Below, piece by piece: positions 28,056-36,401 of a DNA stretch of 64,000 bases. The stretch is taken from positions 2,944,001 through 3,008,000 of the forward strand of contig OY762897.2 in the NCBI GenBank assembly GCA_963666515.2. The letters are read 5' to 3'. Position 1 is the first letter of the stretch, and each line of letters starts with the position of its first letter. The DNA is from Candidatus Binatia bacterium (lineage in GTDB: Bacteria > Desulfobacterota > Binatia > UBA9968 > JAJDTQ01). The notes beneath the pieces are model-generated. The model was not told the DNA's origin, made no database searches, and saw only the letters and a program-made list of their open reading frames with translations. A program made the position numbers and the translations under genes.

Positions 28056-30004
28056 CAGTCCTTCAACGTCAACACCAGGCGCCCGCCGGGGCCGTCGGTC
28101 CGCTGGTTGACCACGTAGCCGTGGCCGCGGAGAACCAGGGAGAACTTGTGCCGTCTGGCCTTGTCCACGGCCTCCCGCATGCTCATGCCGACGAGGTTCG
28201 GTCCCGCTTCGGCGCCGGCCGGCTTGCGGCGCCGCGGGGTCTTGCGGGAAACCCGGATGACGCCGTTGCTTTCCGCCGGGAGGTCCGGCAGGAGCCGGGG
28301 GTTCGGCTTCGCCCCGAGAGCGTGGAGCGCGGGAGCCGCGATCCGGCGGAACAGGGGCGCGGCCACCACGCCCCCGTACACGTTGACCGTGGGTTCGTCC
28401 ACCAGGGTCAGGAGCACGAAACGGGGCTCGGCCGCGGGCACGAAGCCGACGAACGAGGCGACCCGCTTGGTCTTGGAGTAGCCGCCCTTGACCGTATCGG
28501 CCTTCTGGGAGGTGCCGGTCTTGCCGGCCGCTTCGAACCCGGCCACCGCGGCCCGCGTGCCGGTGCCGCCCTGGGCCACCACCCCCTTCAGGATGTCGGC
28601 CACGGTGCGGGCCGTGGCTCTGGAGACGACTCGCCGCACCAGTTCCGGCCGTTGCTGCAGCAGGACCCTGCCGTCTTCGTCCACCACATGGTCCACGACG
28701 TACGGCTTCATGAGCAGACCGCCGTTGGCGATGGCGGAGAAGGCCATGACCATCTGCAGGGGCGTCACGGAGACGGACTGCCCGAAGGAGACCGCGGCGA
28801 GGTCGATGTCGTACCACGTCCGGTGCGGCCGCACCTTGCCCGACACCTCGCCGGGGAGGTCGACGCCCGTCTTCGCGCCGAAGCCGAACCGCCGGATGTA
28901 GCGGTGGTACCGCTCCCGCCCGAGCTTGTCCGCCACCTTGGTCACGCCGATGTTGCTGGAGAGCTGAAGCACCCGGGCGAAGGACAGCCAGCCGTATTCC
29001 TTGAAGTCGTGTATGGTGCGGCCGCCGTATCGGTAACGGCCGAACTCGCAGAAAATCAGGTCCTCCCGCCCGACCACGCCCTCCTCCAGAGCGGCCGCGG
29101 CCAGCACCGCCTTGAAGACGGAGCCCGGCTCGTAGGTGTCGGTGACGGCGCGGATGCGCCACCGGTCCCGGTCCTGATCGCGGAACCGGTTGGGGTTGAA
29201 GAAGGGGTAGCTGGCCAGCGCCAGCACCGCGCCGGTGAACGGGTCCGCCATCACCACCGTGCCGCCCTTGGCGCGAAACCGTTTCACGGTCGCTTCCAGG
29301 TGTTTCTCGGCGAGGTGCTGGAGCGTCGTGTCGAGGGTCAGGCGCACGTCGGCTCCGGGACGGATATTGAGGTCATCCAGACCCGTGACCAGGACGCGAC
29401 GGCCCAACGCGTCCCGCTCCGCCACCGAAGAGCGGGGCTTGCCGCGGATGTGGCGGTCGTAGCTGCGCTCGACCCCCTCCAGTCCCTGCGCGGCCGTTCC
29501 CACCAGGCCCAGGGCCTGCCCGGCGAGGTGACCCTGCGGGTAGTAGCGTTTCGACTCGTGGGCCAGGCCGACCCCTTCGATCTTCAGGGCTCGGACGCGT
29601 TTCGCTTCGCGCGGCTTCACCTGCCGCTTGAGCCACACGAAGCGCTTGCCGGAAGCGAGCTTGCGGCGCACCTCCGCGCGCTTCATGCCCAAGGCGCGCG
29701 CCAGCGCCCGCGCGGCCTTCTCGGGCGACTTCAAACTCCGCGGCCTCACGTACACGGACCGGGACTCGACGCTGATGGCCAACGAGTCTCCGTTGCGGCT
29801 CACGATGTTACCGCGCTTTGGCACGAAGATCCGTTCCTGAAGGTGCTGCTTCTCGCCGAGCCGCGCCAGCCGGGCGCCGTCGAAAGCCTGGAGCTGGACG
29901 GCCCGCACCGCCACCGCCAGCAGCAGCGCCAGCAGCAGACCGGCGGTCAGCCGCAGCCGCAAGCGCAATTTCGCGGTAGGGTCCTGTGTCTCGGTCTTGG
30001 TCAC
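28055..30004 (-). CDS. ftsI: Penicillin-binding protein 3 (septal transpeptidase) with C-terminal PASTA-like segment
   Basis: TM anchor, EPGSVFK (SxxK), SSN, KTGT; GTG start overlaps the ftsL stop. Confidence 0.95.
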   Translation of the reverse strand: MTKTETQDPTAKLRLRLRLTAGLLLALLLAVAVRAVQLQAFDGARLARLGEKQHLQERIFVPKRGNIVSRNGDSLAISVESRSVYVRPRSLKSPEKAARALARALGMKRAEVRRKLASGKRFVWLKRQVKPREAKRVRALKIEGVGLAHESKRYYPQGHLAGQALGLVGTAAQGLEGVERSYDRHIRGKPRSSVAERDALGRRVLVTGLDDLNIRPGADVRLTLDTTLQHLAEKHLEATVKRFRAKGGTVVMADPFTGAVLALASYPFFNPNRFRDQDRDRWRIRAVTDTYEPGSVFKAVLAAAALEEGVVGREDLIFCEFGRYRYGGRTIHDFKEYGWLSFARVLQLSSNIGVTKVADKLGRERYHRYIRRFGFGAKTGVDLPGEVSGKVRPHRTWYDIDLAAVSFGQSVSVTPLQMVMAFSAIANGGLLMKPYVVDHVVDEDGRVLLQQRPELVRRVVSRATARTVADILKGVVAQGGTGTRAAVAGFEAAGKTGTSQKADTVKGGYSKTKRVASFVGFVPAAEPRFVLLTLVDEPTVNVYGGVVAAPLFRRIAAPALHALGAKPNPRLLPDLPAESNGVIRVSRKTPRRRKPAGAEAGPNLVGMSMREAVDKARRHKFSLVLRGHGYVVNQRTDGPGGRLVLTLKD

Positions 30005-30348
30005 GGGAGCACCACCACCTGTCCGTTCTCGGGGTCCCTCAGCCCCAGCCGTTTCCGGGCCATGACCTCCAGGCGCTCGGACGCGGTCAGGGTCGCCAGC
30101 TCCAGCTTCAACTCGCGGTTCGTCTGCTCCAGGCGCCGCTCCAGCTTGGCCGCGGTGGACAGCACGTAGCCCAGTTGCACCACGCGCAGGCGCTGCCACA
30201 CGAGCAGCAGGGCCAACGCCACCAGCAGACAACTCAGCGCGACGGGCAACGGCGCGAAGCGGCGCGGCGCCGGCGGCGCGGCCTCGGCCACCTGCTGGTT
30301 GTCGAGGACGCTTGTCTCACCCGTCGGTTCCTGCCGGGACGCCATCAT
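30001..30348 (-). CDS. ftsL: Cell division protein FtsL
   Basis: TM plus leucine zipper, LEVMARKRLGL; between rsmH and ftsI. Confidence 0.9.
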   Translation of the reverse strand: MMASRQEPTGETSVLDNQQVAEAAPPAPRRFAPLPVALSCLLVALALLLVWQRLRVVQLGYVLSTAAKLERRLEQTNRELKLELATLTASERLEVMARKRLGLRDPENGQVVVLP

Positions 30349-30385
30349 GTCCCCTCCTTGCGCGCCGCGCCGCAGGCGAAGCGCG

Positions 30386-31339
30386 TCATATCCTTTCGAC
30401 GGCCCTCAGCCTGGCCGAGCGCGCCCTGGGGTTGGTCCGCACCTCGTCGGCGCCGGGCACCCGCGGCCTGCGGGTGAGCGACGTCGCCTTGCGGTCCCAG
30501 CCGCAAACGCACGCGGGAAGGCGCGGCGGACAGACGCAGTCGAGGCCCCACCTGTGAAACGCGCGCTTGACCAGCCGGTCCTCCAGCGAATGGAACGAAA
30601 TGATCACGAGGCGCCCCTTGGCGCGCAGCAGCTCGTAGGCCGACTCCAGGAACCGCTCCAGGTTCTCCAGTTCCCGGTTCACCGCGATGCGCACCGCCTG
30701 GAACGTCCGGGTCGCCGGATGGGTCGCGGGGGCGCGGGCCTTTCCGGGCCGGCGCGCCGCGCCCCCCATGGCCCGGGCTACCGTCTCCGCCAGTTGCCGG
30801 GTCGAGTCGATGGCTCCCTTTCGACGCCGGGCGTCGATGGCCGACGCGATCCGGCGCGCCCTCGGCTCTTCCCCGAAGTCCCGGATGATTTTCTCCAGCT
30901 CGCCCACGGGCAGGCCGTTCACCAGCTCGTGGGCGTCCACCGGGCGGCGCCGGTCCATGCGCATGTCGAGCCGGGCGTCGTTCAGGAAGCCGAATCCCCG
31001 CCCCGGCGTATCGAGCTGGTGAGAAGACAGGCCCAGGTCCAGCAACACGCCGTCCACGCCCGCCCAGCCCACTTCGTCCAGGACCTCCCGCGCCCGGGTG
31101 AAACCCGCCCGGCGCAGGATCACCCGCTCGCCGAAGCGGGCCAGCGCGCGCCCGGCTGCGCCGATGGCCTCGTCATCCCAGTCCAGGCCCAGGAGCGCTC
31201 CGTCCGGAGCCGACCGGCGCAATATCTCCCGCGCGTGTCCGGCTCCGCCCACGGTCGCATCCAGGTACCTTCGCGCCGGTTTCGGTGCGAGGATCTCCAG
31301 GACCTCGCGAAGCATCACGGGCTGGTGTGCGTAGCTCAT
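30386..31339 (-). CDS. rsmH: 16S rRNA C1402 N4-methyltransferase
   Basis: HQPVM, DATVGGAGH, DLGLSSHQLD, LDMRMD, SFHSLEDR, NPRARSARLR. Confidence 0.97.
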   Translation of the reverse strand: MSYAHQPVMLREVLEILAPKPARRYLDATVGGAGHAREILRRSAPDGALLGLDWDDEAIGAAGRALARFGERVILRRAGFTRAREVLDEVGWAGVDGVLLDLGLSSHQLDTPGRGFGFLNDARLDMRMDRRRPVDAHELVNGLPVGELEKIIRDFGEEPRARRIASAIDARRRKGAIDSTRQLAETVARAMGGAARRPGKARAPATHPATRTFQAVRIAVNRELENLERFLESAYELLRAKGRLVIISFHSLEDRLVKRAFHRWGLDCVCPPRLPACVCGWDRKATSLTRRPRVPGADEVRTNPRARSARLRAVERI

Positions 31340-31361
31340 GCGAACCGCGCGGTTCAACCAT

Positions 31362-31730
31362 TCAATGACAGGTGGCCGCGCCCTCCCAGTCGTCGTCGAA
31401 ACTCTCGATGGCCTCGTCCAGCGAAGCGTAGAACTCGAAGACCCCGTCCATGCCCACGACGCGGAAGATATCCTTCAGGTGGGGGTGCATGCCCGAGAGC
31501 TTGAGGTCGCCGTTCATCTCGCGCAGCAGCCGCAGGCGGTCCAGCAGCACCCCGATGCTCAGGTAGTTGATGTGGTCCACCGCCTTGAGATTCAGAACGA
31601 CCTTGAGACGCTCCTTCTCGATCATGCCTCCGATCATGTCCTTGATCCGCACCATCTCCCGGAGGTCGATATCGCCGTTCACGTCGATCACCGCGATATC
31701 CTGAATGGGTTTCCTGTCGAGTCCGATCAT
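31362..31730 (-). CDS. STAS-domain / anti-sigma factor antagonist-like protein
   Basis: VIDVNGDIDL...VVLNLKAVDHINYLSIGVL...GDLKLSGM...IFRVVGMDGVFEFY. Confidence 0.85.
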   Translation of the reverse strand: MIGLDRKPIQDIAVIDVNGDIDLREMVRIKDMIGGMIEKERLKVVLNLKAVDHINYLSIGVLLDRLRLLREMNGDLKLSGMHPHLKDIFRVVGMDGVFEFYASLDEAIESFDDDWEGAATCH

Positions 31731-31765
31731 GGATCGCTCCTTTCTTCCGGCGCCCGTCCCCGGAC

Positions 31766-32221
31766 TCACAACCCCAGGTCGGAGAAGTAGTCGGGATCTT
31801 CCATGAGTTGCCCTTCAGCCTCCGTGAACACCTCGTCCCAGGCGTCCTTGTCCCAGATGCGAAACTTCTCGCCCGCCGACACCAGCATCACGTCGCGCTT
31901 CAGCTCGGCGTAACTGCGCAACGTGGGCGGGATGAGGATGCGCCCGGGGTCATCCACGACGCATTCCGTCGCTCCGCCCAGGTAGTAGTTCTGAAACCGC
32001 ACCATGCGGGCGTCGAACTTGGGCTTCTGGCGCACCGCATTCTCCAGGGTGAGCCACTCGTCCAGCGGATAGACGTCCAGGCAGCGCTTGGAGCTGACGA
32101 CGAAATTTGTGATAATAAGACGTCCGCCGTCACCCTTTCCCCGGAGGTATTCGCGATACTTGGCCGGAATGCTGAGACGCCCCTTGGTATCGACCGTATG
32201 CTCGTATTTGCCGCGGAACAT
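31766..32221 (-). CDS. mraZ: Division/cell wall cluster transcriptional repressor
   Basis: MFRGKYEHTVDTKGRLSIP, GRILIPPTLR, FRIWD. Confidence 0.96.
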   Translation of the reverse strand: MFRGKYEHTVDTKGRLSIPAKYREYLRGKGDGGRLIITNFVVSSKRCLDVYPLDEWLTLENAVRQKPKFDARMVRFQNYYLGGATECVVDDPGRILIPPTLRSYAELKRDVMLVSAGEKFRIWDKDAWDEVFTEAEGQLMEDPDYFSDLGL

Positions 32222-32245
32222 GACCTGACCATCTATGGGAAATCA

Positions 32246-32299
32246 TCCCACTTTATCCCACCAGACGGGACTATAGCCAGACCGTCTCGCGCCTGTCAA
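32246..32299 (-). promoter_or_regulatory. dcw promoter with MraZ-binding repeats
   Basis: TTGACA (32294-32299)-18-TATAGT (32270-32275), followed by GTGGGA repeats at 10-nt spacing (32246-32261). Confidence 0.7.
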
Positions 32300-32439
32300 C
32301 CACAAAAACGCAATATTTCCCGCCGCGAAAACGGCGCGAATCTGCCAGGAAACCTGAAGTTTTACCTACATCTGGGTGTATTCGAGGCCCAGGGAGGGCT
32401 TGTGCTACAAGATATGGGAGCGGGCGGTGGGATGGGGGC

Positions 32440-32812
32440 CAGTGGATCGTTAAGCCGGATTCTGTAACGCTTCCCAACAGGAAGCGGGACGGTCATTCAT
32501 CTTGCCCCGCGATTGCTCGCGGGGTCCAGCGACCTTACCCGAGGGTGTCAGGCGGACGACCCAACCCTCCTATTTGGTCTTGCTCCGGGTGGGGTTTACC
32601 ATGCGCCCGCCATCACTGGCGGACCGGTGAGCTCTTACCTCGCCTTTTCAACCTTGCCTGACGGCCCGGCGTGACCGGAACGCGTCGGGCGGTATGTTTT
32701 CTGTGGCACTTTCCCCCGATCGCCCGGGGCCGCCGTTAGCGGCCACCCTGTCCTTTGGAGTCCGGACTTTCCTCCTCCGCGTCGACCGCGGAAGCGACCG
32801 TCTGATCCACTG
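32440..32812 (-). ncRNA. rnpB: RNase P RNA (type A)
   Basis: GAGGAAAGTCCGGACTC, AGTGCCACAGAAAA, GGTAAACCCCACCCGGAGCAAG, ACAGAATCCGGCTTA; P1 helix CAGTGGATC/GATCCACTG. Confidence 0.96.
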
Positions 32813-32880
32813 TGCCCCTGGACACAGTTTCCCGGTTGCGGGGCGCGGTTGCAACCCCTGGAGACGGTAGACTTCGTATG

Positions 32881-33615
32881 CTACGGCTGATTCTCCTGCT
32901 CGGGGGCGGGCGGGTTGTAGAAGAGTATCCTCTGGCAGCTCGGACAGAGGTTCACGCGTTCGTTGCGCAGGACGTCGTTCCATAGCTGGGGCGGGATGTT
33001 CATGTAGCAGGCCCGGCAGATGGCGGAAGACACCGACACCACCGCGGTGCCGTCGCGGCGGTCGAACAGCAGCTCGTACTTTCCCATGAGGTCGCCGTCG
33101 AGACGCGACGCCGTGTCCTCGCGCACTTGGCGCGTCTGCGCGATCTTGTCGTCGATCTCGGCGATCTCGCCCTCCAGCGGCCCCTTTCGGCCGTCCCAGT
33201 CGTTCTTCCGCTCCGTCAGCTCCGACTCTTTCTGGTTCAGGACGCTCTCCTGTTCCTCCAGGTCGGTCATCACCTCGATCAGCTCCTCCTCGAGGATGGC
33301 GTTGGATTCCTTGATCTGCGCGATCTCCCGTTGGAGCGCCTGCAACTCCTTGATGTTCTTGACGTGGCTCATGCGCATGCGCCTGTCGGTGGCCTTCCGG
33401 TTGGCGTCCAGCACCGTCTGTTCCTTGCCGCGCCGGACCGCCTCCCTTTCCTGCCAGGCCTCCCTCAGCGCGTTGACCTCCGCGGTCAGCTTGGCGATCT
33501 CGCCTTCACACCTTTCGATTTCCTCGATTCGCTCCGTCCGCGCGGTCCTGTGCTTCTTCACTTCCAGATCGATGCCCTGAAGCACCGCCAAGGTCTCCAA
33601 CTGCTCCTGCAACAC
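32881..33615 (-). CDS. Coiled-coil protein with C4 zinc ribbon (CT398/DUF164-like)
   Basis: LAVLQGIDLE start, long coiled coil, CRAC...CPSCQRILF; GGAGG then GTG. Confidence 0.88.
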   Translation of the reverse strand: MLQEQLETLAVLQGIDLEVKKHRTARTERIEEIERCEGEIAKLTAEVNALREAWQEREAVRRGKEQTVLDANRKATDRRMRMSHVKNIKELQALQREIAQIKESNAILEEELIEVMTDLEEQESVLNQKESELTERKNDWDGRKGPLEGEIAEIDDKIAQTRQVREDTASRLDGDLMGKYELLFDRRDGTAVVSVSSAICRACYMNIPPQLWNDVLRNERVNLCPSCQRILFYNPPAPEQENQP

Positions 33616-33643
33616 GTTACCCTCCAGTCGCCGGACACGGGAC

Positions 33644-33677
33644 AAAAAAAGAACCGCACCCTTGAGTGCAGTTCTTT
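33644..33677 (-). terminator. Intrinsic terminator inside the leader of the zinc-ribbon gene
   Basis: AAAGAACTGCAC-TCAAGG-GTGCGGTTCTTTTTTT. Confidence 0.75.
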
Positions 33678-33737
33678 CCATTCCGGTCCCGGCTGTCTGA
33701 TCGTGTTCGATAGGCGCTTACGTTCATGCTTGAGAGT

Positions 33738-33766
33738 ATATTATCGACATCCCGTTTGATTGTCAA
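33738..33766 (-). promoter_or_regulatory. Putative sigma70 promoter
   Basis: TTGACA-17-TAATAT. Confidence 0.7.
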
Positions 33767-33801
33767 AGGCAGGCGGGCGGGCTGGGGCGGGCCGGCGGCC
33801 G

Positions 33802-35214
33802 TCACAGGCCGAGCTTGCCGGGGTTCATGATGTTGTCGGGATCCAGAAAGCGCTTCATGGAGCGCATCAGATCCAGGCCGTCGCCGTGCTCATGGGCCAT
33901 GAGCGGAGCCAGCTTGACTCCGACCCCGTGGCAGTACTCCACGGACCCGCCGAAGCGGTGAACCGTCCGCAGCAGGGCGACGATGGCGTCGCCCAACTCC
34001 GCCCGGGCCTGCTCGCCGCCCTCCGTGGACAGCCGCAACGAGAAAAGCTCCGGGCCGGTCCAGAGTCCGCTCTCCCGGAAACGCACCTTGCGGGCCGCGG
34101 CCACGGCGATGGCCTCGCGCCTGAAGGCCAGCACCTGCGACGCCGGCAGGGCGACGTGCACCCAGTCCTGGTGCACTCCGGTTTCGCTGCGTTTCCGGCG
34201 CTCGCCGCGGTTGGCGGCGAACCGCCGGGCCGCGGCGTGACGGTCACGCCAGAACCGCTGGGCCTTGTCCGGGGCCAGCCTCTCGCCGCCCCGGTCGAGG
34301 TACGCCCCGAGAGCTACCCCGTCCTCCGCGGCCACCACCTCCGCTTTTCCCTCGAAGCCCAGGTAAAGGATCGCCGGCCCTTCCGGATCCTCGGTCTCGT
34401 CGCCGTAGTCCAGCAGGACGGGCCTCAGGCCGGCGGCAGAGAACGCCCGGACGGCCTCGAAACCGGGGGCGAAGGAGTCGAACCGGACCGCGTGGAGCGA
34501 CCTCGTCTCCGGAACCGGGAAGACCCGGAGGGTCGCTTCCGTGAGGATGCCGAAGCAGCCCTCGCCACCGATGAACAGGTGGTTCAGGTCGATGCCGGTG
34601 GAAGTCTTGGCGACGGCGCGGGTGCGGCACACCTGCCCCTGGGGCAGCACCGCCTCCACCCCCAGCACCTGGTCCCCCATGGAGCCGTATTTTCCACCTC
34701 GGTAGCCGAGGCTGTTGGTGGAGACGGCTCCGCCCACCGTGGCCACCGGCAGCGTCCAGGGGTCGTGGCCCAGCATGAGGCCGGACTCCTGGAGGCGGGC
34801 TGCGAGATTCTCCAGCACCGCCCCGGCCTGGACACGGGCCGTGAATGCCGCCGGGTCGATCTCCAGCACGGCGTTCATCCGCCGGAGGTCCACGACGATG
34901 CCGGGGGTCAACGAAACGGCGGCGCCCATGAGCCCGGACCCGCCGCCGTAAGGCACCAGCGGCACCCGGGCCTCGTTGGCCACGCCCACTACGGCCTGCA
35001 CCTCGGCCGTGGAAGCGGGGGTGCAGACGCACAGCGGATGAACGGGGAGTATGGGATGTCCGGGATGGATGCGGCTTCGGCTCAACGCATCCCAGGAATG
35101 CAGGTCTATCTCATCTGGATCCGTGAGGACGGCGCCGGCGCCCAGCAGGTCGGCGAGCCGGCGAATCGTATCGCCGTGTGTTCCGGCAAACCCGGATACT
35201 GGTATTCCCGTCAT
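33802..35214 (-). CDS. FAD-binding oxidoreductase (GlcD / alkyl-DHAP synthase-like)
   Basis: PYGGGSGLMG, ATVGGAVSTN, GGEGCFGILT, HGVG, DPDNIMNPGKL; start uncertain. Confidence 0.9.
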   Translation of the reverse strand: MTGIPVSGFAGTHGDTIRRLADLLGAGAVLTDPDEIDLHSWDALSRSRIHPGHPILPVHPLCVCTPASTAEVQAVVGVANEARVPLVPYGGGSGLMGAAVSLTPGIVVDLRRMNAVLEIDPAAFTARVQAGAVLENLAARLQESGLMLGHDPWTLPVATVGGAVSTNSLGYRGGKYGSMGDQVLGVEAVLPQGQVCRTRAVAKTSTGIDLNHLFIGGEGCFGILTEATLRVFPVPETRSLHAVRFDSFAPGFEAVRAFSAAGLRPVLLDYGDETEDPEGPAILYLGFEGKAEVVAAEDGVALGAYLDRGGERLAPDKAQRFWRDRHAAARRFAANRGERRKRSETGVHQDWVHVALPASQVLAFRREAIAVAAARKVRFRESGLWTGPELFSLRLSTEGGEQARAELGDAIVALLRTVHRFGGSVEYCHGVGVKLAPLMAHEHGDGLDLMRSMKRFLDPDNIMNPGKLGL

Positions 35215-35283
35215 TCCGGCGAAAGCCGGAATCCGGAGCCGCGTTGAACGCTCCTGGATTCCGGCTTTCGCCGGAATGACGGG
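35207..35283. repeat. REP-like palindrome family A, inverted pair
   Basis: cccgtcattccggcgaaagccggaatcc...ggattccggctttcgccggaatgacggg. Confidence 0.9.
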
Positions 35284-35371
35284 TCAGAGTTTCGTGCCTG
35301 TTGCGTCCCAACAATCTGCAAGAGGCATCCTGCTTGAGTCCGTCGGACGGCCATTCTGCATGAAGCTGGCG

Positions 35372-36142
35372 TCAGTGCATGTTCTGGCCGCCGTCCACCA
35401 CCAGGGTCTGCCCGGTCATGAAATCGGCCAGCGGGGACGACATGAACAGGACCCCGCCGACGAGGTCCTGGGGCACCTGGACCCGCTTGAGCGCGCGCGA
35501 GCCGATGTTGCTCTGGCGCATCTTGAGGATCTCCTCGGTGGGGTTCTCCTCGGACAGGGTCGAGCCCGGACAGAGGATGTTGACCTGGATGTTGTCCTCG
35601 CCCACCTCCCGCGCCAGGGTGCGGCTGAAGCCCATGACCCCGGCCTTGGAGGCGACGTAGTGGATGCGTCCCGGAGGGCCGTAGAGCGCGGTGCCGGAGG
35701 CGATGTTGACGATCTTGCCGGACTTCTGCTGGCGCATCTGCGGCAGCACCGCGCGGCAGCAGAGGAACACGCCCTTGAGGTTCACCGACATGAGCTTGTC
35801 CCATTCCTCGATGCTTATCTCCTCGATGCGGCCGCGGCTCATGGGAATGGTGGCGAAGATCGAGGCGTTGTTGATGAGCACGTCCACCCGGCCGAAGCGC
35901 TCGACGGTCCTGGCCACCATCTGGTTGGCGGACTCCTCGTCGGACACGTCCACGGTTACGGCCATGGAGCCTGCCTCGCTCAGCTTCGCCAAGTCTCCCG
36001 CTACCTTCTCTGCCGCCTCGCCGTCGATGTCCGCCACCACCACCCGGGAGCCGGACTTGGTAAAGCCCTCGCAGTACGCCTTGCCGATGCCGTGCCCTCC
36101 GCCCGTGACGATCACCACCTTGCCCTGCAACCCTTCGATCAT
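35372..36142 (-). CDS. Short-chain dehydrogenase/reductase
   Basis: TGGGHGIG, INNAS, YVASK, TGQTLVVDGG. Confidence 0.93.
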   Translation of the reverse strand: MIEGLQGKVVIVTGGGHGIGKAYCEGFTKSGSRVVVADIDGEAAEKVAGDLAKLSEAGSMAVTVDVSDEESANQMVARTVERFGRVDVLINNASIFATIPMSRGRIEEISIEEWDKLMSVNLKGVFLCCRAVLPQMRQQKSGKIVNIASGTALYGPPGRIHYVASKAGVMGFSRTLAREVGEDNIQVNILCPGSTLSEENPTEEILKMRQSNIGSRALKRVQVPQDLVGGVLFMSSPLADFMTGQTLVVDGGQNMH

Positions 36143-36401
36143 GAGTGCTCCTCTCCGGACCGGCCGATAGCCCACATGAAGACGGGTTCGGGACGGCCGC
36201 AAACGATTATGGCACTGCTCTATCGGGAAACCGAGGCCGGTGTCAAGCAAACCGCGCCGGTCCCCGGCCGGGGCCGATCGCCGGACGCGGAGGCGGGTTT
36301 CGAACCCGGTCCAAGCCTGTTTCGACGCGGTTCTCCGGCCCGCTGGCGTCCTTCCCGGGGCCGATTTGAACCCCCTGGCGAATCGTGTTAACGCAACTCC
36401 G

